From: Deinococcus radiodurans R1 = ATCC 13939 = DSM 20539
GTDB lineage: Bacteria > Deinococcota > Deinococci > Deinococcales > Deinococcaceae
Length of the DNA stretch: 32,000 nt
NCBI RefSeq assembly: GCF_000008565.1
Contig: NC_001263.1
Location: 1,911,474 to 1,943,473 of the forward strand
Direction: 5' to 3'
The notes below the pieces were generated by a model. The model was not told the DNA's origin. It saw only the letters and a list, made by a program, of their open reading frames with translations, and searched no databases. A program made the position numbers and the translations under genes. Shown one piece after another: positions 18,778 to 30,094 of this stretch (within the stretch, counting starts at the first letter, position 1; the number at the start of each line of letters is the position of its first letter).

Positions 18778-19794
18778 GTGCCGATGTTGCGTTCGCTGCT
18801 GTGGGTGCCGGGTCTGGTCCTGGTCGGGATAGTGGTTCACGACCTGCTCAAGGTCACGGTGCAGGGCGGCGACGGCACTCTCAGCCAGACGGTGCACCAG
18901 CGGGTGTACCAGCTTCTGCACGCGCTGGCGCGGCGCACCGGCAACCGAATCGTGCTCGCCTGGGCCGCGCCCACCATAATCGTCTCGGCGCTGCTCACGT
19001 GGACGCTGGGGCTGTGGCTGGGCTGGACGCTGGTGTTCTGGTCCTCGCCGGGCAGCGTGGTGGGCGCCGACAGCGAGTCCCCGGCCACCTTCTGGAGCGT
19101 CGTGTACTACGTCGGCTACACCATCAGCACGCTGGGGCTGGGCGACCTCAAGACGACGGCGACGCCCTGGCGAATGCTGACCAGCGTGGCGGCGCTCAGC
19201 GGGTTCGTCAACCTGACCTTCGCCATCACCTTCGTCGTCCCGGTGGCCGAGGCCCGGCTTGAGCGGCGCGAACTGGCGCGGCTGCTGCGGCGCTCGGGAC
19301 CGGACGCGCAGGCGCTCGTCATCGGGGCGCTTCAGGACCACCCCGACGGCCTGCAAAGCCTGATTTCGGGGCTGCACCAGACGCTCAACACCCTGGAAAC
19401 CAAGCACGACCACGCCCACTACCTCCACCGCTTTCATGACCGGACAGCCTTAGAAAGCCTGTCGCTCGCCCTGCCCGCGCTCGGCGAGGCGCTGCTGCTC
19501 ATCGAGTGCGCCCTGCCCGGCCCGCCGCCGCCCGGCCTCAAGCTCAGCCGGACGCTGGTGGACAGCCTGGTGCGCGGGCACGCGAAAAACTGCCCTTCTC
19601 CCCTGCCCGCCGCGCCCCCGCCGCCTTCGCTCGCGCCGCTGCACGACGCCGGCATCGCCACCGTGAGTGAGGCTGAGTTCACCGCCTGCCTCGCGCAGCA
19701 CGCCGAGCACCGCCAGTTCCTGCGGGCGATGGTGGAAGAAGGGCTGTGGAGCTGGGCGCAGGTGGCGCGGACGGCTGGGGAAGGAGCCGCCTGA
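18778..19794 (+). CDS. two-TM potassium-channel-like protein (Ion_trans_2) with a C-terminal domain of unknown function
   Basis: Pore-helix and filter-like YYVGYTISTLGLGD flanked by two hydrophobic helices. TACGCT 18772-18777 suggests the true leaderless start is ATG 18784 rather than GTG 18778. Confidence 0.75.
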   Translation: MPMLRSLLWVPGLVLVGIVVHDLLKVTVQGGDGTLSQTVHQRVYQLLHALARRTGNRIVLAWAAPTIIVSALLTWTLGLWLGWTLVFWSSPGSVVGADSESPATFWSVVYYVGYTISTLGLGDLKTTATPWRMLTSVAALSGFVNLTFAITFVVPVAEARLERRELARLLRRSGPDAQALVIGALQDHPDGLQSLISGLHQTLNTLETKHDHAHYLHRFHDRTALESLSLALPALGEALLLIECALPGPPPPGLKLSRTLVDSLVRGHAKNCPSPLPAAPPPPSLAPLHDAGIATVSEAEFTACLAQHAEHRQFLRAMVEEGLWSWAQVARTAGEGAA

Positions 19795-19834
19795 ACCACC
19801 ACCGCCTTCTTCGCGGGCTTCCTCGCGCTCTACG

Positions 19835-20557
19835 TCATCGGGATTCTGAGCGAGGGGGCGGCGTAAGCAGCCGCTCGGCCAGCGCCGCCTGCTCTTCTGC
19901 GCTGAAGCCGTAGGCGGCGAGATAAGCGCCCACTCCGCCCCACTGTTCATCCAGATGGCCCAGCGCCGCGAGGATGTCTTCTGTCCGAGTGTGGGAAAAA
20001 GGCTCCAGCGCCGCCCACTGCTCGGGCGTTTTATGCTTCCGCCGAGCAGCGTAGAAATCAGTCAATTCTTCCCCCGTTTGGGCGTAGTCCTCCGCAATCT
20101 GCTCCTGCGTCAGGCCCGCGAGTTCTCCGCACAGCGCCGTGATCAGGCCGGTGCGGTCCTTACCCGCGTGACAGTGGATGAGAACCGCGCCGGGAGGCGC
20201 GTCCAGCACGGCGCCAAGGATGGTCACGATGGAGTTGGCGGCGTGGTCCAGATGGGTGCGGTAGAGGTCGGCGTTCGTCCGAGCAACGGCGGTGGCCTCG
20301 TTCATGGCCCGCACCCGCCAGGGCAGCAGCGGCAGGTTGAGGTACTCGGCCTGACCGAGCAAAGGCGGCGCGTCCACCAACCGTTCGCGGCGGTCGCGCA
20401 GGTCAATGATGCGGCCCAGCCCCAGCGTGAGCAGTTCGGCACGGCCTCGTTCACTCAGAAAACTGAGATTGGCCGAGCGCCACAGCCCCGGCAGCGGGCG
20501 GCGAAAGTTGAGGGCTCCGTCAGGCGAGGTCACGGCAGACAAAGGGGCAGAAGGCAC
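19835..20557 (-). CDS. protein tyrosine/serine phosphatase (Y_phosphatase3-like)
   Basis: 240-aa ORF with the CX5R active-site loop HCHAGKDRTG. GTG start with CATCCT (complement of 20564-20569) 6 nt upstream. Confidence 0.8.
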   Translation of the reverse strand: MPSAPLSAVTSPDGALNFRRPLPGLWRSANLSFLSERGRAELLTLGLGRIIDLRDRRERLVDAPPLLGQAEYLNLPLLPWRVRAMNEATAVARTNADLYRTHLDHAANSIVTILGAVLDAPPGAVLIHCHAGKDRTGLITALCGELAGLTQEQIAEDYAQTGEELTDFYAARRKHKTPEQWAALEPFSHTRTEDILAALGHLDEQWGGVGAYLAAYGFSAEEQAALAERLLTPPPRSESR

Positions 20558-20810
20558 CCGCGCAGGATGCCCTGTTACCGCCTTGCTCCGGGGTGGGGCG
20601 AACCGCTGTGATGGCCGCCGTTTTCGGGTAGGTTGGTTTCCACAGAGAAAACGGAATTCTTGCCCCTCAATGGGGGTACAAGTCCTGCGATTTCGCGAGG
20701 ATTCCAGCGCCCGGCTGACTCCCCACGAAGCGCCTGCTCCATGAGGGAAAAATCGCTGTTTTTCTTCGTCTTTTCCGGTAAACTGGGGGCAGTTGAGGAG
20801 AGCCGTTTTA

Positions 20811-20827
20811 TTACGTGATTAACATAA
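20811..20827 (+). promoter_or_regulatory. RDRM (radiation/desiccation response motif, DdrO operator) upstream of gyrA
   Basis: TTACGTGATTAACATAA fits TTAYGY-n5-RCRTAA. TTACGT plus a 16-nt spacer plus TAGACT (20833-20838) could be the promoter it overlaps. gyrA is, from memory, a member of the RDR regulon. Confidence 0.8.
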
Positions 20828-20925
20828 TGTGGTAGACTGGTTCTATCCCCCGGCGAGTGCCGGGACCTCTCACCTTTTTCCCGGCTGCGGACTGAGCTTT
20901 TCCGCGCCGCCCCGATTGGAGTGCC

Positions 20926-23364
<2,439 letters not shown>

Positions 23365-23380
23365 GACCAATTGCGGTTGA

Positions 23381-23498
23381 ATCGCTCACAGTGAGCGATG
23401 AAACCCGAGCGGAGCGAGCAGCAAAGAAGACGTGCTGCGGGAGATGGACTGAAATCCAGTTCTTTTCTGGATTTGAGGGAATCGGACGCAGTACGTCT
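23381..23498 (-). repeat. structured intergenic repeat, copy C (inverted orientation)
   Basis: Plus-strand coordinates. Terminal hairpin ATCGCTC 23381-23387 / GAGCGAT 23393-23399. Core complement CCGAGCGGAGCGAG at 23405-23418. 9-nt spacer. Outer stem AGACGTGCTGCG 23428-23439 / CGCAGTACGTCT 23487-23498 (one G-T) enclosing 47 nt, with inner hairpin AAATCCAG 23452-23459 / CTGGATTT 23467-23474. Confidence 0.75.
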
Positions 23499-23526
23499 AA
23501 GCCAAGCAGTAAAGACTTTTCCAGAG

Positions 23527-23555
23527 GGCTGGCGCCGACGCGCTGGCCTCTTTTT
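23527..23555 (+). terminator. rho-independent terminator downstream of gyrA
   Basis: GGCTGGCGC-cgac-GCGCTGGCC (9 bp including two G-U pairs) followed by tcTTTTT (23549-23555). Confidence 0.6.
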
Positions 23556-23581
23556 GGTCTCCAGGTTGACTTTTAGACCAG

Positions 23582-23597
23582 CTTACCGTACGGTAAG
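23582..23597. promoter_or_regulatory. perfect 16-bp palindrome CTTACCGTACGGTAAG (operator or RNA hairpin)
   Basis: Perfect dyad. Overlaps the -10 of a possible promoter: TTGACT 23566-23571, 17-nt spacer, TACGGT 23589-23594. Its left half is also complementary to 23614-23621 inside the next terminator. Confidence 0.4.
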
Positions 23598-23609
23598 GAG
23601 GTTGCTGAC

Positions 23610-23634
23610 CGCTCGGTAAGCCGGGCGATTTTTT
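23610..23634 (+). terminator. second rho-independent terminator/attenuator upstream of the small membrane protein gene
   Basis: CGCTCGG-taag-CCGGGCG (7 bp, one G-U) followed by aTTTTTT (23629-23634). Confidence 0.6.
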
Positions 23635-23657
23635 CTGACTTCTCTGGAGGCCCACCC

Positions 23658-24057
23658 ATGGACGAAACCATTATCCAACCCGCCGTTCACTCCGCTGTCG
23701 GCGGCATCGCGCTGCTCGTGGCTCTTATCACCACCGTTCTGACCTGGCTCGGGGCGCGGCGGGCACCTTCGGCAAGGCGCAGGCAGCGTCGCTCATCGTG
23801 CTGCAAATTGCGCTGATGTTGCAGGCTGCCGTCGGCATCAAGCTGCTTGACCAAGGCATGGGCGTGGTGCAGAAATACGTGCATTACCTCGGTGGCCTGG
23901 GCTCGGTAGGCCTGCTGATGCTGTTCTACTGGCTGCCCAAGCGGACGAGGCGGACACCGCCAACAAGGCGGCGTGGCTGACCACCGCCAGCCTGCTCTTC
24001 GTGGCGATGACCTTCTTCATCGGACAGATGTACGTGAAGGGGCAGTTCAACAGCTAA
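23658..24057 (+). pseudogene. small (about 132 aa) 4-TM membrane protein gene carrying two 1-nt frameshifts
   Basis: GGAGG 23646-23650 lies 7 nt before ATG 23658. Three consecutive frames read MDETIIQPAVHSAVGGIALLVALITTVLTWLG / GTFGKAQAASLIVLQIALMLQAAVGIKLLDQGMGVVQKYVHYLGGLGSVGLLMLFYWLP / ADEADTANKAAWLTTASLLFVAMTFFIGQMYVKGQFNS-stop (TAA 24055-24057). Shifts are near 23750-23765 and 23930-23945. A strong terminator follows. Confidence 0.6.
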
Positions 24058-24072
24058 GCCGCCGCAGACAGC

Positions 24073-24113
24073 AAAAGCCGGGACGCCCACACAGGCGCTG
24101 CCCGGCTTTTTTT
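24073..24113 (+). terminator. rho-independent terminator
   Basis: AAAAGCCGGG 24073-24082 pairs with CCCGGCTTTT 24101-24110, with inner pairs ACGCC/GGCG, followed by a 7-T run (24107-24113). Confidence 0.8.
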
Positions 24114-24193
24114 ATTGGCCGCACAAACTCACATCCGTTCAAGACCACCGCGCCCGGCATCCTTCACTAATGCGCGGAGGCTACACTCAGGGG

Positions 24194-25315
24194 ATGTCTG
24201 CCCTCACTAAATTTGGACTCTGCATGCTGCTCGGCTTCGGCGCTTCGGCGCTGGCGGACGACGTGACGCGCCAGGATACGACGCTCAACTTCGGGGACTT
24301 CACTTCCCCCGCGCAGTGGACCTACCCGGCCAGCGCGCGGGGCAAGGTGCCCGCTGTGCTGCTCATTCACGGTTCGACCCCGGCGGACATGGACTTCACG
24401 GTCACAGGGCCGGACGGCAAGCCGCTTTCGAGCATCTTCCGCGACATTTCGGGTGCCCTAAGTGCGCGCGGCGTCGCGGTGCTGCGCTACAACAAGCACT
24501 ATGTGGCGGGGCCGGGCAAGGTGGACTATGAAAAGTTCTACGGTCAGGCTGACCTCAAGACCTTCCTGAAAGACGCGGAAACGGCGCTGGACGCGATGAA
24601 GCACAACCCGCGTGTGGACCCCCGGCGCATCTTCGTCTACGGCTGGAGCGAGGGCAGCACGGTGGCGGCGCGACTGGTGCGCGACCACCCGGAAGTGCGC
24701 GGGCTGATTCTGCAAGGGCCGGTTACGCTGCCTTGGGGCGAGTTGTTCGACAAGCAACTCACCGACGTACAGCTGCCCTACCTGCGGCAGGTGGCGCCCG
24801 GCGGCCTGACCAATGCCAATGTGATGACGGCGCTGAGCGGCCCCGGCGGGCTGGTCGCCAGCAGCGGCGTGAGCTTCGCCCTGAGCCCCGAGAGCTTTAC
24901 CAGCGGCCAGCCCAGCCTCAACCTGGCCCTTGACCTGAACCGCGACGGCATCCTCGACCTGGACCGTGAGTATCTGCCGGGTGTCCGCGCCTACCTCAAG
25001 GGCCAGCTCGACACGCCGCAGGGCTTTTTGAACATTTACAGCGACACGCGCTCCCTGCCGCCCGTCACCGCGCAGGTGCCTTACCTTAAAGTGCCGATGC
25101 TGATTGTGCAGGGCATAAACGACGCCAACACGCCCGAGCCGTACCTGATGACCCTGCAACAGGCCATCGTGCAGGCGAAGGGCCGGGCGACCATCAAGCG
25201 CTACGCGGGCCTGGGGCACACGCTCGGGCCGGCGAGCAGCGTCATTGACGACAACTTCCGGCCCATTGCCCAGCAGCCGCTGAACGACATGGCGGAGTGG
25301 GTTCTGCGTCAATAG
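24194..25315 (+). CDS. secreted alpha/beta hydrolase
   Basis: ORF 24170..25315 trimmed to ATG 24194, with TACACT 24182-24187 6 nt upstream. Signal peptide MSALTKFGLCMLLGFGASALA. Nucleophile elbow GWSEGS (GxSxG). Confidence 0.8.
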   Translation: MSALTKFGLCMLLGFGASALADDVTRQDTTLNFGDFTSPAQWTYPASARGKVPAVLLIHGSTPADMDFTVTGPDGKPLSSIFRDISGALSARGVAVLRYNKHYVAGPGKVDYEKFYGQADLKTFLKDAETALDAMKHNPRVDPRRIFVYGWSEGSTVAARLVRDHPEVRGLILQGPVTLPWGELFDKQLTDVQLPYLRQVAPGGLTNANVMTALSGPGGLVASSGVSFALSPESFTSGQPSLNLALDLNRDGILDLDREYLPGVRAYLKGQLDTPQGFLNIYSDTRSLPPVTAQVPYLKVPMLIVQGINDANTPEPYLMTLQQAIVQAKGRATIKRYAGLGHTLGPASSVIDDNFRPIAQQPLNDMAEWVLRQ

Positions 25316-25379
25316 TTCCAGTCTCCGGCCTGTCATAGGCACTCCGTGATGGAACGTCCCGGCCCCAGTCTGTTACGCT

Positions 25380-27734
<2,355 letters not shown>

Positions 27735-27785
27735 CAGGCCATTTTGCCGCTAGGACCGCTGGCCCAGGCCGCTTAAGCTGGAGTG

Positions 27786-28586
27786 ATGACAGAACAGCTC
27801 TCGCCGCAGCAGCTTTTGCGTCTCTACGATCAACAACTGCGCGGTCATGCAGAAGTGTCCTCAATGGACGAGTTTCAGCAATTCGGTCCTCTGTGGCGTG
27901 CAAAATGCAGAGCACGCGGTTTTGTGACCTATCAAACGCTTGGAAATTCCTCGGGCGCCCGGTTGGACGAGCTGATCAAGCAGACCGTGGCCTTTTACGC
28001 CGCCGATCCACAGATCAAGTCTTTCGAGTGGAAGACACGCGGACACGACCAACCCACAGATTTATCTGAACGGCTCCTGGCACACGGCTTTGTCCCTGAG
28101 GAGGAAGAGACGGTGATGGTCGGCGAAGCGGCGGCCTTGGCTCAGCCCGTCAAAGTGCCTGCTGGAGTGACGCTGCGGCGAATTGATAATGTGGTCGACC
28201 CTTACACTGAACTGTTGCGCGCCGCTGCCGCACAGGCCAGGGCTTTTGGATTTCCCTTCGGAGTCGAAGATTTCGTGAACCGTTTGGAGCGCAACGGAGC
28301 CAATCTGGAACTCTGGATTGCCGAAGCCGAGGGAGAAGTGCTGTGTACAGGCCGCCTTGAACTGGTGCCGGGCACCGAATTTGCTGGCCTGTGGGGTGGG
28401 GGAACTGTTCCAGAGTGGCGCGGCAAAGGCCTCTACCGCGCTTTGACCGCCGCACGTGCGCGCTCGGCGCTGAACCGGGGAGTCCGTTATCTGCAAAGCG
28501 ACTGCACCGAGTTCTCGCGCCCTATTTTGCAACGCAGTGGGCTGTTACCTATCACGACCACCACGCCTTTTATCTGGCGCCGCTAG
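27786..28586 (+). CDS. GNAT-family N-acetyltransferase (two-lobed, about 266 aa), compositionally atypical
   Basis: Acetyl-CoA motif A WRGKGLYRALTAARARSAL in the C-terminal lobe. TAAGCT 27774-27779 lies 6 nt before ATG 27786. Noticeably lower G+C and GC3 than all neighbours. Confidence 0.8.
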   Translation: MTEQLSPQQLLRLYDQQLRGHAEVSSMDEFQQFGPLWRAKCRARGFVTYQTLGNSSGARLDELIKQTVAFYAADPQIKSFEWKTRGHDQPTDLSERLLAHGFVPEEEETVMVGEAAALAQPVKVPAGVTLRRIDNVVDPYTELLRAAAAQARAFGFPFGVEDFVNRLERNGANLELWIAEAEGEVLCTGRLELVPGTEFAGLWGGGTVPEWRGKGLYRALTAARARSALNRGVRYLQSDCTEFSRPILQRSGLLPITTTTPFIWRR

Positions 28587-28655
28587 CTCAGGCCGAGGAA
28601 TACCGGGCGAAGCTGTCAGGGCATCCCTGCCCCACCCAACCGCCAGAATTAGGCC

Positions 28656-29134
28656 ATGCACATTCGCCCCGCCCGCCCTGACGACTTCCCGCAACTCCGC
28701 TGCTCGACATGGGCTTCGTGGAAGACGAAACGGCGCTGGCCGCCCGTTTTCCAGGCTTTTGTGCTGATCCGGCCCACCTGATTCTGGTGGCCGAGGATGC
28801 CGGAAAGCTGCTCGGGTACGCCGCCGTGCAGGACTACGGCCCGCATCTGCGCTCAGGCGACCGCCACCGCACCGCCAAACTGGACGACCTCTACACATTG
28901 CCGGAGGCGCGGCGCCGTGGTGTGGCCCGTGCCCTGATGGACGCCGTGACCGACTGGGCGCGGGCCAAGCCGCTGCGCTACGTGTTCTGGTACGCCAATC
29001 AGGGCGCGGCAGGGCAGGCCTATCAGGCGATGGGCCACCAGCCCGCGCCGTACGGTCAGGAGGGCTTCGATTTCTACGAGATTGATCTGGGCGACCCTGC
29101 CGAGCGACTGCCGCATCCTCAGCGGGGGTCCTAA
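28656..29134 (+). pseudogene. GNAT-family N-acetyltransferase (about 160 aa) with a 1-nt frameshift after codon ~15
   Basis: ATG 28656 reads MHIRPARPDDFPQLR (a typical GNAT N-terminus), then derails. The -1 frame continues LLDMGFVEDETALAARF...LYTLPEARRRGVARALMDAV (motif A) to TAA 29134. Frame 2 is open only from 28682, so the lesion lies at 28682-28705. Confidence 0.7.
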
Positions 29135-29654
29135 GTGGCCCCCCCCCCTGATCGTCCTGCGCGGCAACTCGGGCAGCGGCAAAAGCTCGGTGGCCCGCGC
29201 CCTGCGGGAACGCTTCGGCTACGGGCTGGCGTGGGTGGAGCAGGATTATCTGCGGCGAGTCCTGCTGCGCGAGCATGACGTTGCGGGCGGCAAAAACATC
29301 GGCCTGATTGAAACCAATGTGCGCTATTGCCTCAGCGCCGGGTCCGTTACGGTGCTGGAGGGCATTCTTTTTTCACGGCACTATGGCCCGATGCTGGAGC
29401 GGCTGCACGCGGACTTCGGCGGGCACTGGTTTTATTTCGACCTGCCATTCGAGGAAACGGTTCGCCGCCACGCGACGCGGCCACAGGCGGCGGACTTCGG
29501 CGTGCAGGACATGCAGGCGTGGTTTCAGGCGCGGGACGTTCTACCGTTCGTGCAGGAACAGCTCATCGGGCCGGCAAGCTCGCTGGCGGACACCACGGCC
29601 CAGGTCTGGCAAGCTGCCGGTCTCGACCTGCTCTTTACTCGCGCCCGTCGGTAA
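29082..29654 (+). CDS. P-loop kinase/ATPase (AAA_33- or zeta-toxin-like fold), start codon uncertain
   Basis: Walker A LRGNSGSGKSSVARAL very close to the N-terminus. The only in-frame start is TTG 29082, which overlaps the upstream gene by 53 nt. GTG 29135, with GGGGG 6 nt upstream, would be in frame if the C-run were 9 or 12 nt. Confidence 0.7.
   Translation: MIWATLPSDCRILSGGPKWPPPLIVLRGNSGSGKSSVARALRERFGYGLAWVEQDYLRRVLLREHDVAGGKNIGLIETNVRYCLSAGSVTVLEGILFSRHYGPMLERLHADFGGHWFYFDLPFEETVRRHATRPQAADFGVQDMQAWFQARDVLPFVQEQLIGPASSLADTTAQVWQAAGLDLLFTRARR
29139..29148. repeat. C10 homopolymer at the GNAT/kinase gene junction
   Basis: Ten consecutive C residues directly after TAA 29132-29134 and GTG 29135-29137. 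They encode PPP of the kinase ORF in the current frame. Confidence 0.9.
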
Positions 29655-29958
29655 ACGTCAGCTTCGGCAGGCGGTCGAAGGTCGCCGCGCTCAGGCGCAG
29701 GCCCGCCCAGGGGGTATTGCGCGCTTCAGGGAATTGCAGCGTCAGCAGGCGAAACCGGCCCTTTTCGGCCACCAGCACCCGCGCCTGAATTTCGCCGGCA
29801 CGGATGCACTGGGTGCCCGGCTGGCAGCGGCTGTCGTTCACGCGCAGCACGGTGACCTTCTGACCGGCGAGGCGGCCCGTCTGACCGGGTTGCAGGGTGA
29901 CGCTGGCGGCGGAAGCGGCGGCGCTGAGGCTGAGCAGCAGAGGAAGAACTTTGTTCAT
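29635..29958 (-). CDS. small exported protein (107 aa), function unknown
   Basis: ORF 29635..30006 trimmed to ATG 29958. Signal peptide MNKVLPLLLSLSAAASAAS, two Cys. CATCAT (complement of 29965-29970) lies 6 nt upstream. 3' end overlaps the kinase gene by 20 nt (convergent). Confidence 0.6.
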   Translation of the reverse strand: MNKVLPLLLSLSAAASAASVTLQPGQTGRLAGQKVTVLRVNDSRCQPGTQCIRAGEIQARVLVAEKGRFRLLTLQFPEARNTPWAGLRLSAATFDRLPKLTFTDGRE

Positions 29959-30078
29959 GCCCCGATGATGCGCGGCGCGGCTGAAGCATGGCTGACGGCA
30001 GGTCACATCGTCGCTTCAGCTTCTAGTGGAGATACTGGAAAACGAGCCCGCGCTTCACTACGTCACAGCCCCTGTTCA

Positions 30079-30087
30079 TGCTATTTT
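30079..30087 (+). promoter_or_regulatory. extended -10 (TGcTATTTT) for a leaderless sbcD transcript
   Basis: TG at 30079-30080 and TATTTT at 30082-30087, 7 nt before ATG 30095. No Shine-Dalgarno sequence is present. Confidence 0.45.
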
Positions 30088-30094
30088 TTCCGTC

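Noticed and set aside
20633-20818. 61-aa ORF in the gyrA upstream region
   Set aside because: No RBS and poor coding statistics. It runs into the RDRM and promoter. The region is better interpreted as regulatory DNA shared by gyrA and the divergent phosphatase gene.
23398-23619. 73-aa ORF downstream of gyrA
   Set aside because: It spans repeat copy C, a terminator and the 16-bp palindrome. The product is Arg-rich and there is no RBS.
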